DNA of 63,788 bases, filler included, from Octopus bimaculoides (taxonomy: Eukaryota): assembly GCF_001194135.2 (NCBI RefSeq). It is 6 parts of 5 records of this genome, joined end to end, with 100 filler letters (N's around TTAATTAATTAA, not from the genome) between each part and the next. Parts side by side here need not be neighbours in the genome. Positions count along the whole stretch, not along the records: positions 35,968 to 57,475 come from NC_068996.1; positions 57,576 to 59,346 come from NW_026335067.1; positions 59,447 to 62,624 come from NC_068982.1; positions 62,725 to 63,788 come from NC_068985.1; 2 more parts are not named here. One strand, 5' to 3'. The notes beneath the pieces are model-generated. The model made no database searches. It was not told where the DNA came from and saw only the letters and a program-made list of their open reading frames with translations. Positions 51,916 to 63,788 of this stretch are shown piece by piece (within the stretch, counting starts at the first letter, position 1; each line of letters opens with the position of its first letter). The position numbers and the translations under genes are program-made.

Positions 51916-52469
51916 AACGTACTTGGAAAAGGATGCGTGGCGTTCGATTATAATATATATATATAATATTTGTCACATGTTAAAATAAGCCTCATCATCT
52001 TTATCATCTTGTACGCTATTTATTAGATAAATTCATAAAAATATATATTTGATCGTAGACAGATAAGACATTTTTTTGTTATTTAATGTCTTTATGTGAT
52101 GTATTTACTAAATAATTTCACATCAAATATACCCACTCTAATATCTTACCAAACTTAAAATATATGGGAGTAGTTTTAGTCTAAATCTACCCTGTAACAT
52201 AATTAATTATTTTTCCTTCACACTTGCCTCTCTTACATACTACTTTGAACTATATTCAATTTGAGCGCTATTTAAATGTTTATTAGTCAACAATATTTTA
52301 GAGTTCAATGTGCTGGAAATATGGTTATCGAGACGGGGCGTCCACGTAGTTGTGTTGACTATCAATTTTCGTTAGTGAATTCTCATATCTTGCGTCAGCA
52401 CCATTCATTGCAAGTCAGTGATAGGGCCTTTCCACGATTACTAGAGAGTGCTGATAATTTCTTGGCTTT

Positions 52470-52640
52470 AAGTTTATTACGAAAGACCTGGTTGGAGGCC
52501 TAAACTTCCGAGTTCTCTCAAAGAGTTTAGAAAAAGTGACGGACCGCCGTAATAAGTGTGTGAATCTGCGAGGAGATTATTTTGAATAAAATCATAATTA
52601 ACTAGTCCGCCTGTATTTTCTTTTACCCAAAGCTAGGTAC
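52470..52640 (+). mobile_element. mariner 3' end with TIR
   Basis: DRRNKCVNLRGDYFE* followed by actttttggcgcacccttgTA. Confidence 0.75.
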
Positions 52641-54221
52641 TTTTTGGCGCACCCTTGTAGTTGATCAGCTAGAAACAACTTTCTAATCTTCTTCAGTTTA
52701 TACTATTTAAAATTTTTAAAAAATGCATTTGACTCAGCACCATACATTACCCGATGTACAAAAAAATACAGGATAATTATAGTTGAAGTAGTGTTATGGA
52801 ACTGCTCACTTAAGACTGACTCAGGGCTAAGAATCAATAGTAACAACAGTTGGAAACTACTAAAATAACGAAATCTTTTATCTTCTACAAAATTAATATA
52901 GTCTTCTAAATGGTGTAAAGTTTTATTGACGATGTTTAATGTATGAGATAATAATGTTATGTGGTAATTTCAGCAACACTGTAATAAACTACAAATAATC
53001 ATGTCTTGAACTTTTGTGGAGAGTTGGTGCGTAGGAATTACTAGCTCTAATGACAAAACCTCTTAGATTCTATGCCTGAAACAATCTCTGTATTATGAGC
53101 AATTTCTTACACAACTTAAAAACAGACACAAGTGCACATAAATTGATCAATGATCTTGCCCATTCACACGTTATTGGATGCGTAATTGTCAGCCATAGAG
53201 AGACTGCTTAAGACACAAACGGCAGAATAATAAATGCTGCCCTAAGGCTACAATGACCACCTGCTTATTCAGGCGTATTTATCTACGACTTTATAGAACT
53301 ATTGATGGAGGTGTCATGATTCCAGCAAAACATTAAATATAATTGAAGAACGATAGAGAATCATTTAAAGCGCAAACGGTTGTATGTAACATCCACTGAG
53401 AATATAAATGCTACTCACACTAACAAGCTAAATTTCTGTAAGAGAAATGTTGAATATAAACGCAAGCAAAATTACACTAGTACAGATTGTTACTACAATT
53501 ACGTTTGATGGCAATAACAGCGAGATCGAGAAAAGGCAATCATAGTTTTGCGTAACAAGTCACAGTAAACGAGAGTGAAACCCTTTGTAGAGGGATTACT
53601 GCTTTAGACTTACTAAAATGTAAAACACTCGAAATAAAGACAGAAAGGAAGCTTCGGTAGCTGCAAAACAATTAGAAGGATACAATAGATGGGGTATAAT
53701 AAACATAAAGAAAATGTGTTGTGAGATTCAGTATATGTGTACATATATATATATATTTAAATATATATGGATAGATGGATGGAAAGATAGACGGATATTA
53801 ATACTTACATCATATTTTAATACTTCGTTTCTCAAAGGCAGTAATCATCCTATAAGCGGTCCACTCTCGTTTACGGTTTCTCGTTACGCCAGGACAATGA
53901 ATGCATAGAGGCTGTTAGTCCTCATACAACACTCCATGTGCTGTAGACGTAGTTTGGTTCCCCGAAGGCGGGTTTTAGGATTTGGTCAGCTATAAGATTA
54001 TCGAATTCCGTTCAGAAAATTTGGCTGTAGACATAATTTAGAAAGAAATATCTTAGAATTTTGCTCAAACAACCGAAAACGTATTCTCTGGTCACATGAA
54101 AAAATATAGGAATTTAGCTTGATCCGAGCGAATTATGTAAATATGATATACTTTAAGAACGGGAGAAGAGAACCCTACCAGGTTTATAACACAGGATTTC
54201 AAGTGTTTTATTAATAATCTA

Positions 54222-54509
54222 CAGGCGCAGGAGTGGCTGTGTGGTAAGTAGCTTGCTTACCAACAACATAGTTCTGGATTCAGTCCCACTGCGTGGTACC
54301 TTGGGCAAGTGCCTTCTACTATAGCCTTGGGCCGACCAAAGCCTTGTGAGTGGATTTGGTAGACGGAAAATGACAGAAGCCCGTCGTATATGTGTATATA
54401 TAAATATATATATNNNNNNNNNNNNNNNNNNNNNNNNNNNNNNNNNNNNNNNNNNNNNNNNNNNNNNNNNNNNNNNNNNNNNNNNNNNNNNNNNNNNNNN
54501 NTGTGTGTG

Positions 54510-54540
<31 letters not shown>

Positions 54541-54760
54541 ATGTGTGTTTGTGTGTCTGTGTTTATCCCCCCAACATCGCTTGACAACCGATGCTGGTGT
54601 GTTTACGTCCCCGTAACTTAGCGGTTCGGCAAAAAGAGACCGATAGAGTAAGTACTAGGCTTACAAAGAATAAATCCTGGGGTCGATTAGCTCGACTAAA
54701 GGTGGTGCTCCAGCATGGCCACAGTCAAATGACTGAAACAAGTAAAAGAGTAAAAGAGTA
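54222..54760 (+). mobile_element. tRNA-derived SINE (family A)
   Basis: Matches 46985. The internal microsatellite is spanned by an N gap. Confidence 0.9.
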
Positions 54761-55202
54761 GCAAGCATTATTTTTCCTGTCTTTGTCAGAAACCTGAAGT
54801 AAATATATAAAACTTGTGGTGCACTTAACAACACATTTTATAAATGTGCCAAGATATGTTTAGAAAAATTAAGTGTCAGAAAGATAATCAAGTCTCAGAG
54901 AAAGAATAAAAACAACCGAGAAACATATATATTCTAGCTGTATCTAGGGAGATTCGTTTCGTATAAAACATCGAATATAGATGTTTTACTTCGCCAATAA
55001 ATAGGGAATTCGAAGCAAAGATAATGAAGATCTTTGTAGGAGTAATCTAGAAAAATTCCTCTTTCTGTCTTCGATGGTTCCGTCGACACGCATATACAAG
55101 CACACACACACGCGCGCGCGCACACGCACACATACACACACGCACGCACACACGCACGCACACACGCACGCACGCACGCACACGCGCGCACACACACACA
55201 TA

Positions 55203-55256
<54 letters not shown>

Positions 55257-57441
55257 TCCTAGTCTACATCCATAGACACCTGTCTAACGGATCAATGACT
55301 TATTCACATCCTTTCTGCAAACATCCATTTACATTTACACTACTGTCGTCTCTCTCGTTATTTCATCGCTAATCTAACGACATGTCTCAAGTATCAAATT
55401 TTCTGTACATCACTCCTGGTCTACATAACATTTCTATTTATGCTCATCTCATTCGCTTTGCTTTCGGCTACTGATTCACTAAGCATTAATTCGTTCCATT
55501 CTTTATCCCATTCAATCTTAACCAACTGGAATTCATTTCTTATTCAATTAAAAAACCTTTTGCTGCAGCCGTCAACTTCCAGATGTCTAAACAATATTAT
55601 CCATACTAATGCCAGAGAGTAACATATACAGTCATAATCCTTCCTCCTGCGTGTGCGCACGCGTGTTTATATATATACATACCTTATTTTTTTTTAAATG
55701 CACAACTATGGTAATATAATCCTTCCCTTTTCTCCATTATTCGTGCCTGGTCAATTTATTGGATTATTTGAGTTTTTCACCGAAATGAAACAATAAATGA
55801 GGGATTAGCCTTGTTAAACTTTACATGATTCCAATGAAAGCTAACTGTTATAACCAGTAAAGGAGCGAAATTCAGTGTTGAAAAATAACGAAAGACGCTT
55901 GAAAATAGTCCTACATTTACGAGTTGATTTCACTTGTGCGGTGCCTTCTGTTTGTAAGAATACTGGCTCTTATGAGAGTTGCGGTTGTTCCTGCAGACAA
56001 CATGTGAACAAGCGATCTCTTGGTTGATTGTTCTTTAATCTACGATTACACGGTTCAATAGCAGGCTAGCAGATAATCTATGATTTGTACATGCTGCATG
56101 TACTAATCGCTGTGAATTCAATGTGCTATAGCAATGTTATCATATTTCGAATCTAAACCACCATTGAATGGCATTTGATGTTAAAATAACCAAATTGAAT
56201 TAACGTGGGAACCTCTGATTAGTTGAATGCTCTTCTAGAAATAACTGTTAAGCCTCCCTTAGAGCAAGTCTTGATTACTTTAAAGACAACAAATAATATA
56301 TTAGATAATGTAATCACAAACACAGTGCGAACAAAAGATTGGACAGTCACGTCAGGATTGTATTTGATCGCGTCTACTATCACGCTGCTTGGGCAGGAGT
56401 AAACAACGGCGACAACAACAAGAACATACAGAAAATAGCGGTAAAACCTCCCTCAAATATTCGACAACTGTCTTCAAAAAGTGAACACCTGGTTGGCTAG
56501 CGTAGTCTTAGATATTCCTAAGACGGAATGCCACGGCTGGATTAACCTCCAACATTGGTCTACATTATCAGAGATTAATTGTCCCTAACAAGAACAACAT
56601 GATCAAAATTAAAAAAAGAAGACAGAAGAAAAATACACGAAATAATTAAAGAGTTTAGTACAAAATTATAATCTTAGAAAATATTTATCCCCTCATCTCA
56701 CTTCGAAAACAAACAACAACAATGATACAATATCATTAAAAATGTTCGCATTGAGCAAAATAAATATTGGCACTGTCTATCATATGATGTCTAAACACAA
56801 AGACTTTCTCATGTTTTTAGGAGGCGAAAATTGGATCGCAACACCGGGGTAGACATAACAGAGTGTAAATAACAGAAAGCAAACATAAGATGCAAAAATA
56901 CACGATATTTGAAAAGTAGATGAAATGAATCTACAACAAAAGATAACATTTCAAAGGAGGGCAACAATAGTTTGTTTCATGTTAATGATCTGACAGGCTT
57001 TATTAATTTTAAAAATTTAAATGCCAAACACACTTGGATATTTTAAATACATACTGAACTGTTTCAATTCAAACGCACTCCACCGTGATGGAACGATAAA
57101 TATAAACATGCAAAGCAACCAAGCAAACAAACAAGCAAACAATACAACAAAATCAGTCAAGACATGTTAGAAAAAAAGAAAGAAAGAGAACCTGTAACAA
57201 AAAGGAGTTGTAGCAATAGCCACTACATTTTCTTTTCAGATATAACGTATGTGGATCGGAATAGAGAATAGTAGTATAATGAACAGCTTCTGATAAATAT
57301 CGTACAAGTATTAGGCACTAATATTGCTCTTACTTGTCGTTATTAGTTCTATCTACCGACTTACATTTACAAATGTACACACACACACACACGATCGCAC
57401 ACAGACATACATACACACACATACATAGATATGTGTGTGTG

Positions 57442-57475
<34 letters not shown>

Positions 57476-57604
57476 NNNNNNNNNNNNNNNNNNNNNNNNN
57501 NNNNNNNNNNNNNNNNNNNTTAATTAATTAANNNNNNNNNNNNNNNNNNNNNNNNNNNNNNNNNNNNNNNNNNNNCTACTACTACTACTACTACTACTAC
57601 TGAC

Positions 57605-57785
57605 CTTGATGTTTAGATTGCCGTTGCTCAGTGTCTGGTACCTGCCACCAATCACCTGTTTGCCGTCTTTTGACCAGTGCACATGCACCGAATCACCGCC
57701 AGTTGTCCTGCATGTAATGTTTATTGATTGACCCGCAGCATGCTTCTGGGTTTTCTCCTTGTCTTCTAGCATGTCTGGGGCTCGG
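57605..57785 (-). CDS. Exon encoding the N-terminal half of an Ig (I-set-like) domain
   Basis: ttcttaatttacAG acceptor and AAG|GTCAGT donor. APDMLEDKEK...GQSINITCRTTG...VHWSKDGKQV...RYQTLSNGNLNIK has the B-strand Cys, C-strand Trp and E-strand Leu. Confidence 0.88.
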
Positions 57786-58084
57786 CTGTAAATTAAGAAT
57801 GTAGAATAATAATAATAATAATAATAATAATAANNNNNNNNNNNNNNNNNNNNNNNNNNNNNNNNNNNNNNNNNNNNNNNNNNNNNNNNNNNNNNNNNNN
57901 NGTAGTGAAGTGAAAGCACCTTATAAAAATAAAACTACTGAATAATAATAAATAATAATAATAATAATAATAATAATGTTGCTAAGCATTTTGTTCTGCA
58001 TCCTAACAATTTTGCCAGCTCACTACCTTAATAATAATAATAATAATTATTCTTTCAAATTTTTGTCACAAGGGTAGCTTGGTG

Positions 58085-58920
58085 GGGAGGTGGGGATGAG
58101 TCAATTACATCGACCTCAGTGTTCAACTGGTACTTATTTTATTGANNNNNNNNNNAGTCAATTACATCGACCTCAGTGTTCAACTGGTACTTATTTTATT
58201 GACCCCAAAAAGATGAAAGGTAAAGTCGACTTTGGCAGAATTTGTACTCAGAATGTAACAACAGGCGAAATACTGCTAAGCATTTTGTCCAGCTTGCTAA
58301 ACGATTCTGCCAGCTCACCACCGGTGAGTTCATTACATCAACCTCAGTANNNNNNNNNNACGATTCTGCCAGCTCACCACCGGTGAGTTCATTACATCAA
58401 CCTCAGTATTTAACTGGTACTTATTTTATCAGCCCCAAAAGCATGAAAGGTAAAGTTGACCTCAGCAGCATTTGAACTCAGAAAGCAGCAACGGGCGAAA
58501 TACCAGAAAGCATTTCATCCAGTATGCTAGCAATTCTGCCAGTTCACCATCTTAATAATAATAATAATAATAGTAATAATAATAATAAAAAGAATAATAA
58601 TAATATTTCTTGCTAATTTTAGCACAAAGCCTGTAGTTTTGAGGGGAGGGGTAAGTGGATTACATTAGCCTCAGTAGTTTACTGGTACTCTATGTTTATT
58701 GATTCTGAAATGATAAATGGCAAAGATGACCTTGGTAGGATTTGAACTTAGAATCTAAAGACTTATAATAATTAACACATGAGCTTGCTACCTTTAATGA
58801 TGTTTTCTGATTTGGGGACGAGACCAGCAATTTTGAGGCGTGTGGATTAGTGAACTGCATTGGCCCTAGTATGTAACTGGTACTGAATTTATCCACCCTT
58901 GAAGAATGTAAGGCAAAGTT
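58085..58920 (-). mobile_element. Cluster of about four family-B SINE copies
   Basis: Repeated actggtacttattttat..ccccaaa..atgaaaggtaaagt units separated by (AAT)n; two short N gaps with duplicated flanks. Confidence 0.8.
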
Positions 58921-59319
58921 GAGTTTGCAAACACACGAGGGGGCACACAGATACCAATGTACACAAGTTTGAGGTGGTGATGGTGGTGGTAGTGGTGGTA
59001 GTAGTAGTAGTCGTGGTGGTGGTGGTGGTNNNNNNNNNNNNNNNNNNNNNNNNNNNNNNNNNNNNNNNNNNNNNNNNNNNNNNNNNNNNNNNNNNNNNNN
59101 NNNNNNNNNNNNNNNNNNNNNNNNNNNNNNNNNNNNNNNNNNNNNNNNNNNNNNNNNNNNNNNNNNNNNNNNNNNNNNNNNNNNNNNNNNNNNNNNNNNN
59201 NNNNNNNNNNNNNNNNNNNNNNNNNNNNNNNNNNNNNNNNNNNTATAGTTATAGGAAACAGAATATAAAAAGGGGAATGAATGCCTGCTGCATCAAGGTG
59301 TGCCAGGTTCAATACTCAC

Positions 59320-59346
59320 CGAAGACATTTAGAAAGACATTAGTGA
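59320..59346 (-). CDS. 3' end of a probable exon (…TNVFLNVF, Ig G-strand-like), truncated by a gap
   Basis: Perfect CG|GTGAGT donor. Only the phase-1 frame is open. Confidence 0.55.
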
Positions 59347-59447
59347 NNNNNNNNNNNNNNNNNNNNNNNNNNNNNNNNNNNNNNNNNNNNTTAATTAATT
59401 AANNNNNNNNNNNNNNNNNNNNNNNNNNNNNNNNNNNNNNNNNNNNC

Positions 59448-59573
59448 TGAACAATGCAATTATTACATCAGTTTAAATGCAAGGCTATCCTCAGCTGCGG
59501 AAAAAAATAAATATTTATTTATGCACCTGAGGATAGCCCTGCATTTAAATTGATGTAATGATTGCATTGTTCA
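59448..59573. repeat. 51-bp inverted repeat (foldback/MITE-like)
   Basis: 59448-59498 versus 59523-59573, 47/51 complementary. Confidence 0.9.
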
Positions 59574-60006
59574 ATTAAATGGAGGTGCTTGAAACAGTCG
59601 TACTGCACCACAAGGATGTTGTTTCTTTCCACTCTTCCTTGAAAAACACGCCAGGTGATGAGAAACAGACAAATGTTGGCAACAGAAAGGGCATCCAGCC
59701 ACAGAAAAAGCTGCATCAACAAAATCCGTTTGACTCAAGCAAACATGGAAAAAGCAGATGCTAAATGAGGATGATGATGATGATGATGATTATGGTGATG
59801 ATGGTGATGACGATGATGATAACAATGATGATAATGATGATATTGATGAATTTTAAAAATTTCAAATGAAATACAATGATCTGCAGCCATGAAAACAAAA
59901 TTTTTTTTGTTCCAATTTAATACACGAAAAAGATGTTTGCTGAACTCATACTGTGACTTCAGTATAGCTACAACTAATTGTCTTTGCAAAAAGGAAATAA
60001 ACTTAC

Positions 60007-60078
60007 AGTTTGATTAACGTTGTTGCAATGCATCTGTCCACAAGGTAACCATTTATATATAGATGAATTTGTCACATT
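60007..60078 (-). CDS. Putative 72-nt exon (NVTNSSIYKWLPCGQMHCNNVNQT)
   Basis: tattttatttcAGttttcAG acceptor(s), ACT|GTAAGT donor, single open frame. Confidence 0.45.
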
Positions 60079-60129
60079 CTGAAAACTGAAATAAAAATAC
60101 AGAATGAGTATTTTCTCAAGATCTAACTC

Positions 60130-60355
60130 TCATAGTGCCAGTTACATGGTTTTCCGTGGCCTATAACTGACTGACATCACGTTTCCCCTGGACAACTAAT
60201 CCCTTGCAGAGTTATTTATTTACAGTTGAGCGAACTTAAGTTATGTGAAATGAAGTGTTTTGCAGAAGGACACAATACACTGCCCAGACCAGGGATTGAA
60301 CCCGAGATCTTGCAATCATGAGTGCAATACCCTAACTATTAAACTACATGCCTTC
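60130..60355 (-). mobile_element. tRNA-derived SINE
   Basis: A/B-box-like head (gtttaatagttagg..gggttcaatccc). Confidence 0.7.
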
Positions 60356-60405
60356 ACAAATGAAAGATTAGCAATAAAAATACTTTTTGTTTGTATTTTA
60401 ATGTA

Positions 60406-61610
60406 TTGGGTCATCCCATAAATAGTCGGAGGGCGATGGGATAAACTACCTGCATCAACTTGTTATAAAAGCAGGTAGTAATTTTACCTTGTACTTATTC
60501 TTAGTGTGAGTTTTGAAGAGCGCAGTTCGATTTTAATAGTTATATTTTCAAAGCTATAATGGAAGTGACAAAGGAGCATATTTGGCACATTTTGCTTTCC
60601 AAGTTCAATAAAGAGAACAACATAACAGAAAGTGTGAGTAATATTAATGCAGTGTATGGGGATCGGACAATAAATGTAAGCCAGTGTCAACTGTGTTTCC
60701 AGAAATTCTGAGCCGGAAACTACAGCTTAGAAGACAAGTCTCATCCTGGAAGATCTGTAGAGCTCAATGAGGACGTCTTGCAAATGCTGATGGAACAGAA
60801 TCCCATCGTAACTGTTGAGGAACTAGAAGAGAAGCTTGGATTTGGTCATTCAACCATTCATTGACACCTGCATGCCATCAGAAAAGTCAGCAAATTGGGT
60901 CAATGGGTTCCTCACAAACTTTCAAGTCTAATCACACGCAGCGAGTGAATGTGTGCTCTTCTTTGCTGTCATGTCTCATGCATGAACCGTTTGTAGACTG
61001 AAGAGGGACTGGTGATGAGAAATGGGTTCTCTAAAACAATGTCAAGTGCCAAAGACAGCGAGTAGGAAAAGGAGAAACATCAGTATCCCAGGTTACAGAA
61101 GGTCTTCACCCACATAAGGTGTTGTTATCTGTTTGGTGGGATATGAAAGGTTTAGGCCACTTTGAACATTTAAACCCTCACCAAATGATAACAAAGGAGA
61201 TTCACTGTTAGCAGCTTGATCGACTTAAGTCAGCGCTACAAGAAAAATGACCATCTTTGGTTTCAAGATGAAATATGTTCTTCCATCAGGATAATGCTCA
61301 GTTACATACAGCGAGGATAACATTCCAAAGGCTGGAGCAGTTTGAATAGTTAAACGATGCCCCACATATCATATTCACCAGACATTGCCCCATTTGATTA
61401 TCATTTATTCTGCAGTCTTCAAAATCATTTGGATGGAAAAAATATGAATTCTGTAGACAAGGTCAGAACAGTACTGGAGGAATATTTTTCATCATGGACA
61501 AGTGAATTTTTGAAGTGGGACCTTGCAAGTCTACCAGATAGATGAAAGAACATTGTATAAAATGAAGGAGAGTATATATTAGATTAAAAAAGAATTTTGT
61601 TTATTTCATG
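60406..61610 (+). mobile_element. mariner transposon (DD34D-type), disrupted
   Basis: TA-ttgggtcatcccata end, ATG at 60559, WVPH, TGDEKW, QDNAQLH and YSPDIAPFDYHLF motifs, stop at 61585-61587. Multiple stops and frameshifts. Confidence 0.92.
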
Positions 61611-61992
61611 GAGATGTACATTCATAGCAAGTGACCTGATCTAAGATCATATGCTGAAGCAAAAACAATTGCAGCATGGAAGGTGTTTATAAGCCATTTA
61701 AAAACACAGAAAAACCGTTAGATTCAGTTCAACATTTAAATTTAATTTGCCAAAATATTTTCGTCGCAATAAAGAAATAAATATAGTAGAAGACGCCCAA
61801 GGTGCCACGCAGTGGAACTGAACCCGGGACCATGTGGCTGGTTAGCAAGCTATTTACCACACAACTCTCCTGTGCCAATTAATGTAGAAACTACAGCATT
61901 AGAATAGTTTATCTCTTATTTCTAGTAATATAGGGGTTTTCTAACACCCTAGTCACATTTTCTAACACCCTAGTTTTCTAACACCCTAGTGA

Positions 61993-62330
61993 AGGTGCAT
62001 GGCTCAGTGGTTAGAGTATCGAGTTTACGATCATGAGGTTGTGAGTTCGAATCCCGGACTGGGCTGCATGTTGTGTTCTTGAGCAAGACACTTTATTTCA
62101 TGTTGCTCCAGTTCACTCAGCTGTAGAAATGAGTTGCGACGTCACAGGTGCCAATCCGTATCGGCCCCTTTGGCTTTCCCTTGGATAACATTGGTGGCAT
62201 GGAGAGGGGAGGCCGGTATGCATGGGCGACTGCATAAAAAACAACCTTACCTGGACTTGTGCCTGGGAGGGTAACTTTCAAGGTGCAATCCCATGGTCAT
62301 TCATGACCGATGGGGGTCTCATCAGTCACA
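61993..62330 (+). mobile_element. tRNA-derived SINE
   Basis: GGCTCAGTGGTTAGAG A-box and GAGTTCGAATCCC B-box. Confidence 0.85.
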
Positions 62331-62426
62331 TTTAGTGCAGTTTCTGTGTGTGTGTGTGTGAGTGTGTGCATGTGTGTGTGTGTGTGTGTGTGTGCGTAAA
62401 AATTATTATTTTTATTTTTAATTCTC

Positions 62427-62459
<33 letters not shown>

Positions 62460-62581
62460 TCACAAATAATGAGTTACAGTATACAAGAAAAAAGATACAT
62501 AATGAATAAAATAAAATGAAATAAAATTTGTGCTCGTGTTTGTATACGTGTGTGCATATGTGTATGTTTGTGTGTGTGTAG

Positions 62582-62624
<43 letters not shown>

Positions 62625-62724
62625 NNNNNNNNNNNNNNNNNNNNNNNNNNNNNNNNNNNNNNNNNNNNTTAATTAATTAANNNNNNNNNNNNNNNNNNNN
62701 NNNNNNNNNNNNNNNNNNNNNNNN

Positions 62725-62800
<76 letters not shown>

Positions 62801-63128
62801 CATATACCAACCAACCAACCAAACACACGACCTATCTGTCAATCAAACAACCATCCGCTTTTAGGTACATTTCCCGTCCCTATTGTTAATAGTCATTATC
62901 AGTGATGATATATCCAGTGGTTCTCAGCCAGAGTCCATGTGATCCCTAGGGGTTCACATAAGATGTTTTGTGGGGAGGAGGGCCACCAAGCAAAATAGTA
63001 TATTCGGGATCCACAATAGAATATTAAGTGCCCATGAAAAAACGTTACCTTGGTTGTATCTATTGCAAGAAATAGCTAGGTTTCTTTCTCTGACATTTTA
63101 CGTAGTTCACCTTGCACAAGTTAATGTA

Positions 63129-63570
63129 CGAGGTGTGATCAATAAGTATCCAGACTGTTGCCATAGTAATGAAGCTAAAGCACGCGGAGTAAAGCCGCTT
63201 GGCACGGATTGACCTTGGATTCTGCTGTGCAGGTGCACTAAGTTTTAACGTTCCATCTCACTTCTGCTTTTTACAGCTGTGCTTGGAAGGAACGTGTGAA
63301 GTGTATGATCGTCGCATTGACCATGACAGAGAAAGTTGTCATGGCAACATCTGCTCAGAGGCCTAAGCAAGGTTGCAGGAAGTATATGGAGAGGAGTGTA
63401 TGAGCCGCACACAAGTGTCCGAATGATTTAGACGTTTCCAAAATGGCTGAAAAATGTCGATATTGAGGAACGTTCTGGGAGACCCGCAACCAGCAGAACT
63501 GAGAAAAATATCGCAGATGTACGTGCAGCTGTGACGGAAAATCGTCGAACCACCATCCATGAAATTTGAG
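63129..63570 (+). mobile_element. mariner 5' fragment
   Basis: TA-CGAGGTGTGATCAATAAGT end; EVYGEECMSRTQV...RFQNG...ERSGRPATS N-terminal HTH pattern. Confidence 0.85.
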
Positions 63571-63788
63571 CCCAGCGAAGAGGAATATATTATTTTGTTT
63601 AAAAGAGTTCCAACACTGTCTGTTTTTTATGTTTTATTTATATTCCTGCATTGGTTCCAATGTGGGGTATAGAATACGGAATATACAATATATAATATAA
63701 TATACAATATATAATATAATATACAATATATAATATAAAATAAAATAAAATAAAAATGGATGGCACCATGAAATAAAGTATTGGATGT

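Noticed and set aside
61993-62060. tRNA gene (also 10540-10612 and the family A heads)
   Set aside because: A/B boxes are present, but the sequence continues into SINE bodies with no acceptor-stem closure.
62295-62325. Minus-strand CTGATGA-gacc..ggtc
   Set aside because: Followed by ATGAAT, not GAAA; a coincidental part of a SINE tail.
4305-62619. Dozens of ORFs rich in [16 protein letters not shown] or X
   Set aside because: They are translations of microsatellites and N gaps.
17547-62680. Recurring TTAATTAATTAA as a biological motif
   Set aside because: Always centred in a 100-bp N block; a scaffolding spacer.
1-63788. CRISPR arrays, rRNA, prokaryotic operons or endogenous viral ORFs
   Set aside because: No regularly spaced repeat-spacer structure, no rRNA-like block, and no long intact non-TE ORF.

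Overview
Eukaryotic, AT-rich, microsatellite-saturated draft-assembly DNA. The repeat families look like an Octopus genome (my recognition, not a database result). About 4-5% is N. Five 100-bp joins carry an artificial TTAATTAATTAA spacer, so the window is a mosaic of joined scaffolds. Most interpretable sequence is decayed transposons: tRNA-derived SINEs of about three families, RTE-clade LINEs, a Helitron Rep fragment, a Tc1 (DD34E) copy, three mariner pieces, hAT and Tigger-like MITEs, and many Penelope-like element (PLE) fragments. Host coding sequence is limited to short exons. There is a good minus-strand Ig-domain exon (57605-57785) with two probable partner exons, and a tentative plus-strand chain of three phase-compatible exons (36515, 42907, 45353). 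The main hidden signal is a set of type I hammerhead-ribozyme (HHR) motifs in PLE terminal repeats: about five near-intact copies plus several decayed ones. One has an otherwise intact fold with a U3-A8 core swap, and it lies sense within an intron of the tentative plus-strand gene. PLE hammerheads are known in other animals, so any novelty lies in these variants and their placement. All folds and alignments were done by eye, and TE boundaries are approximate.
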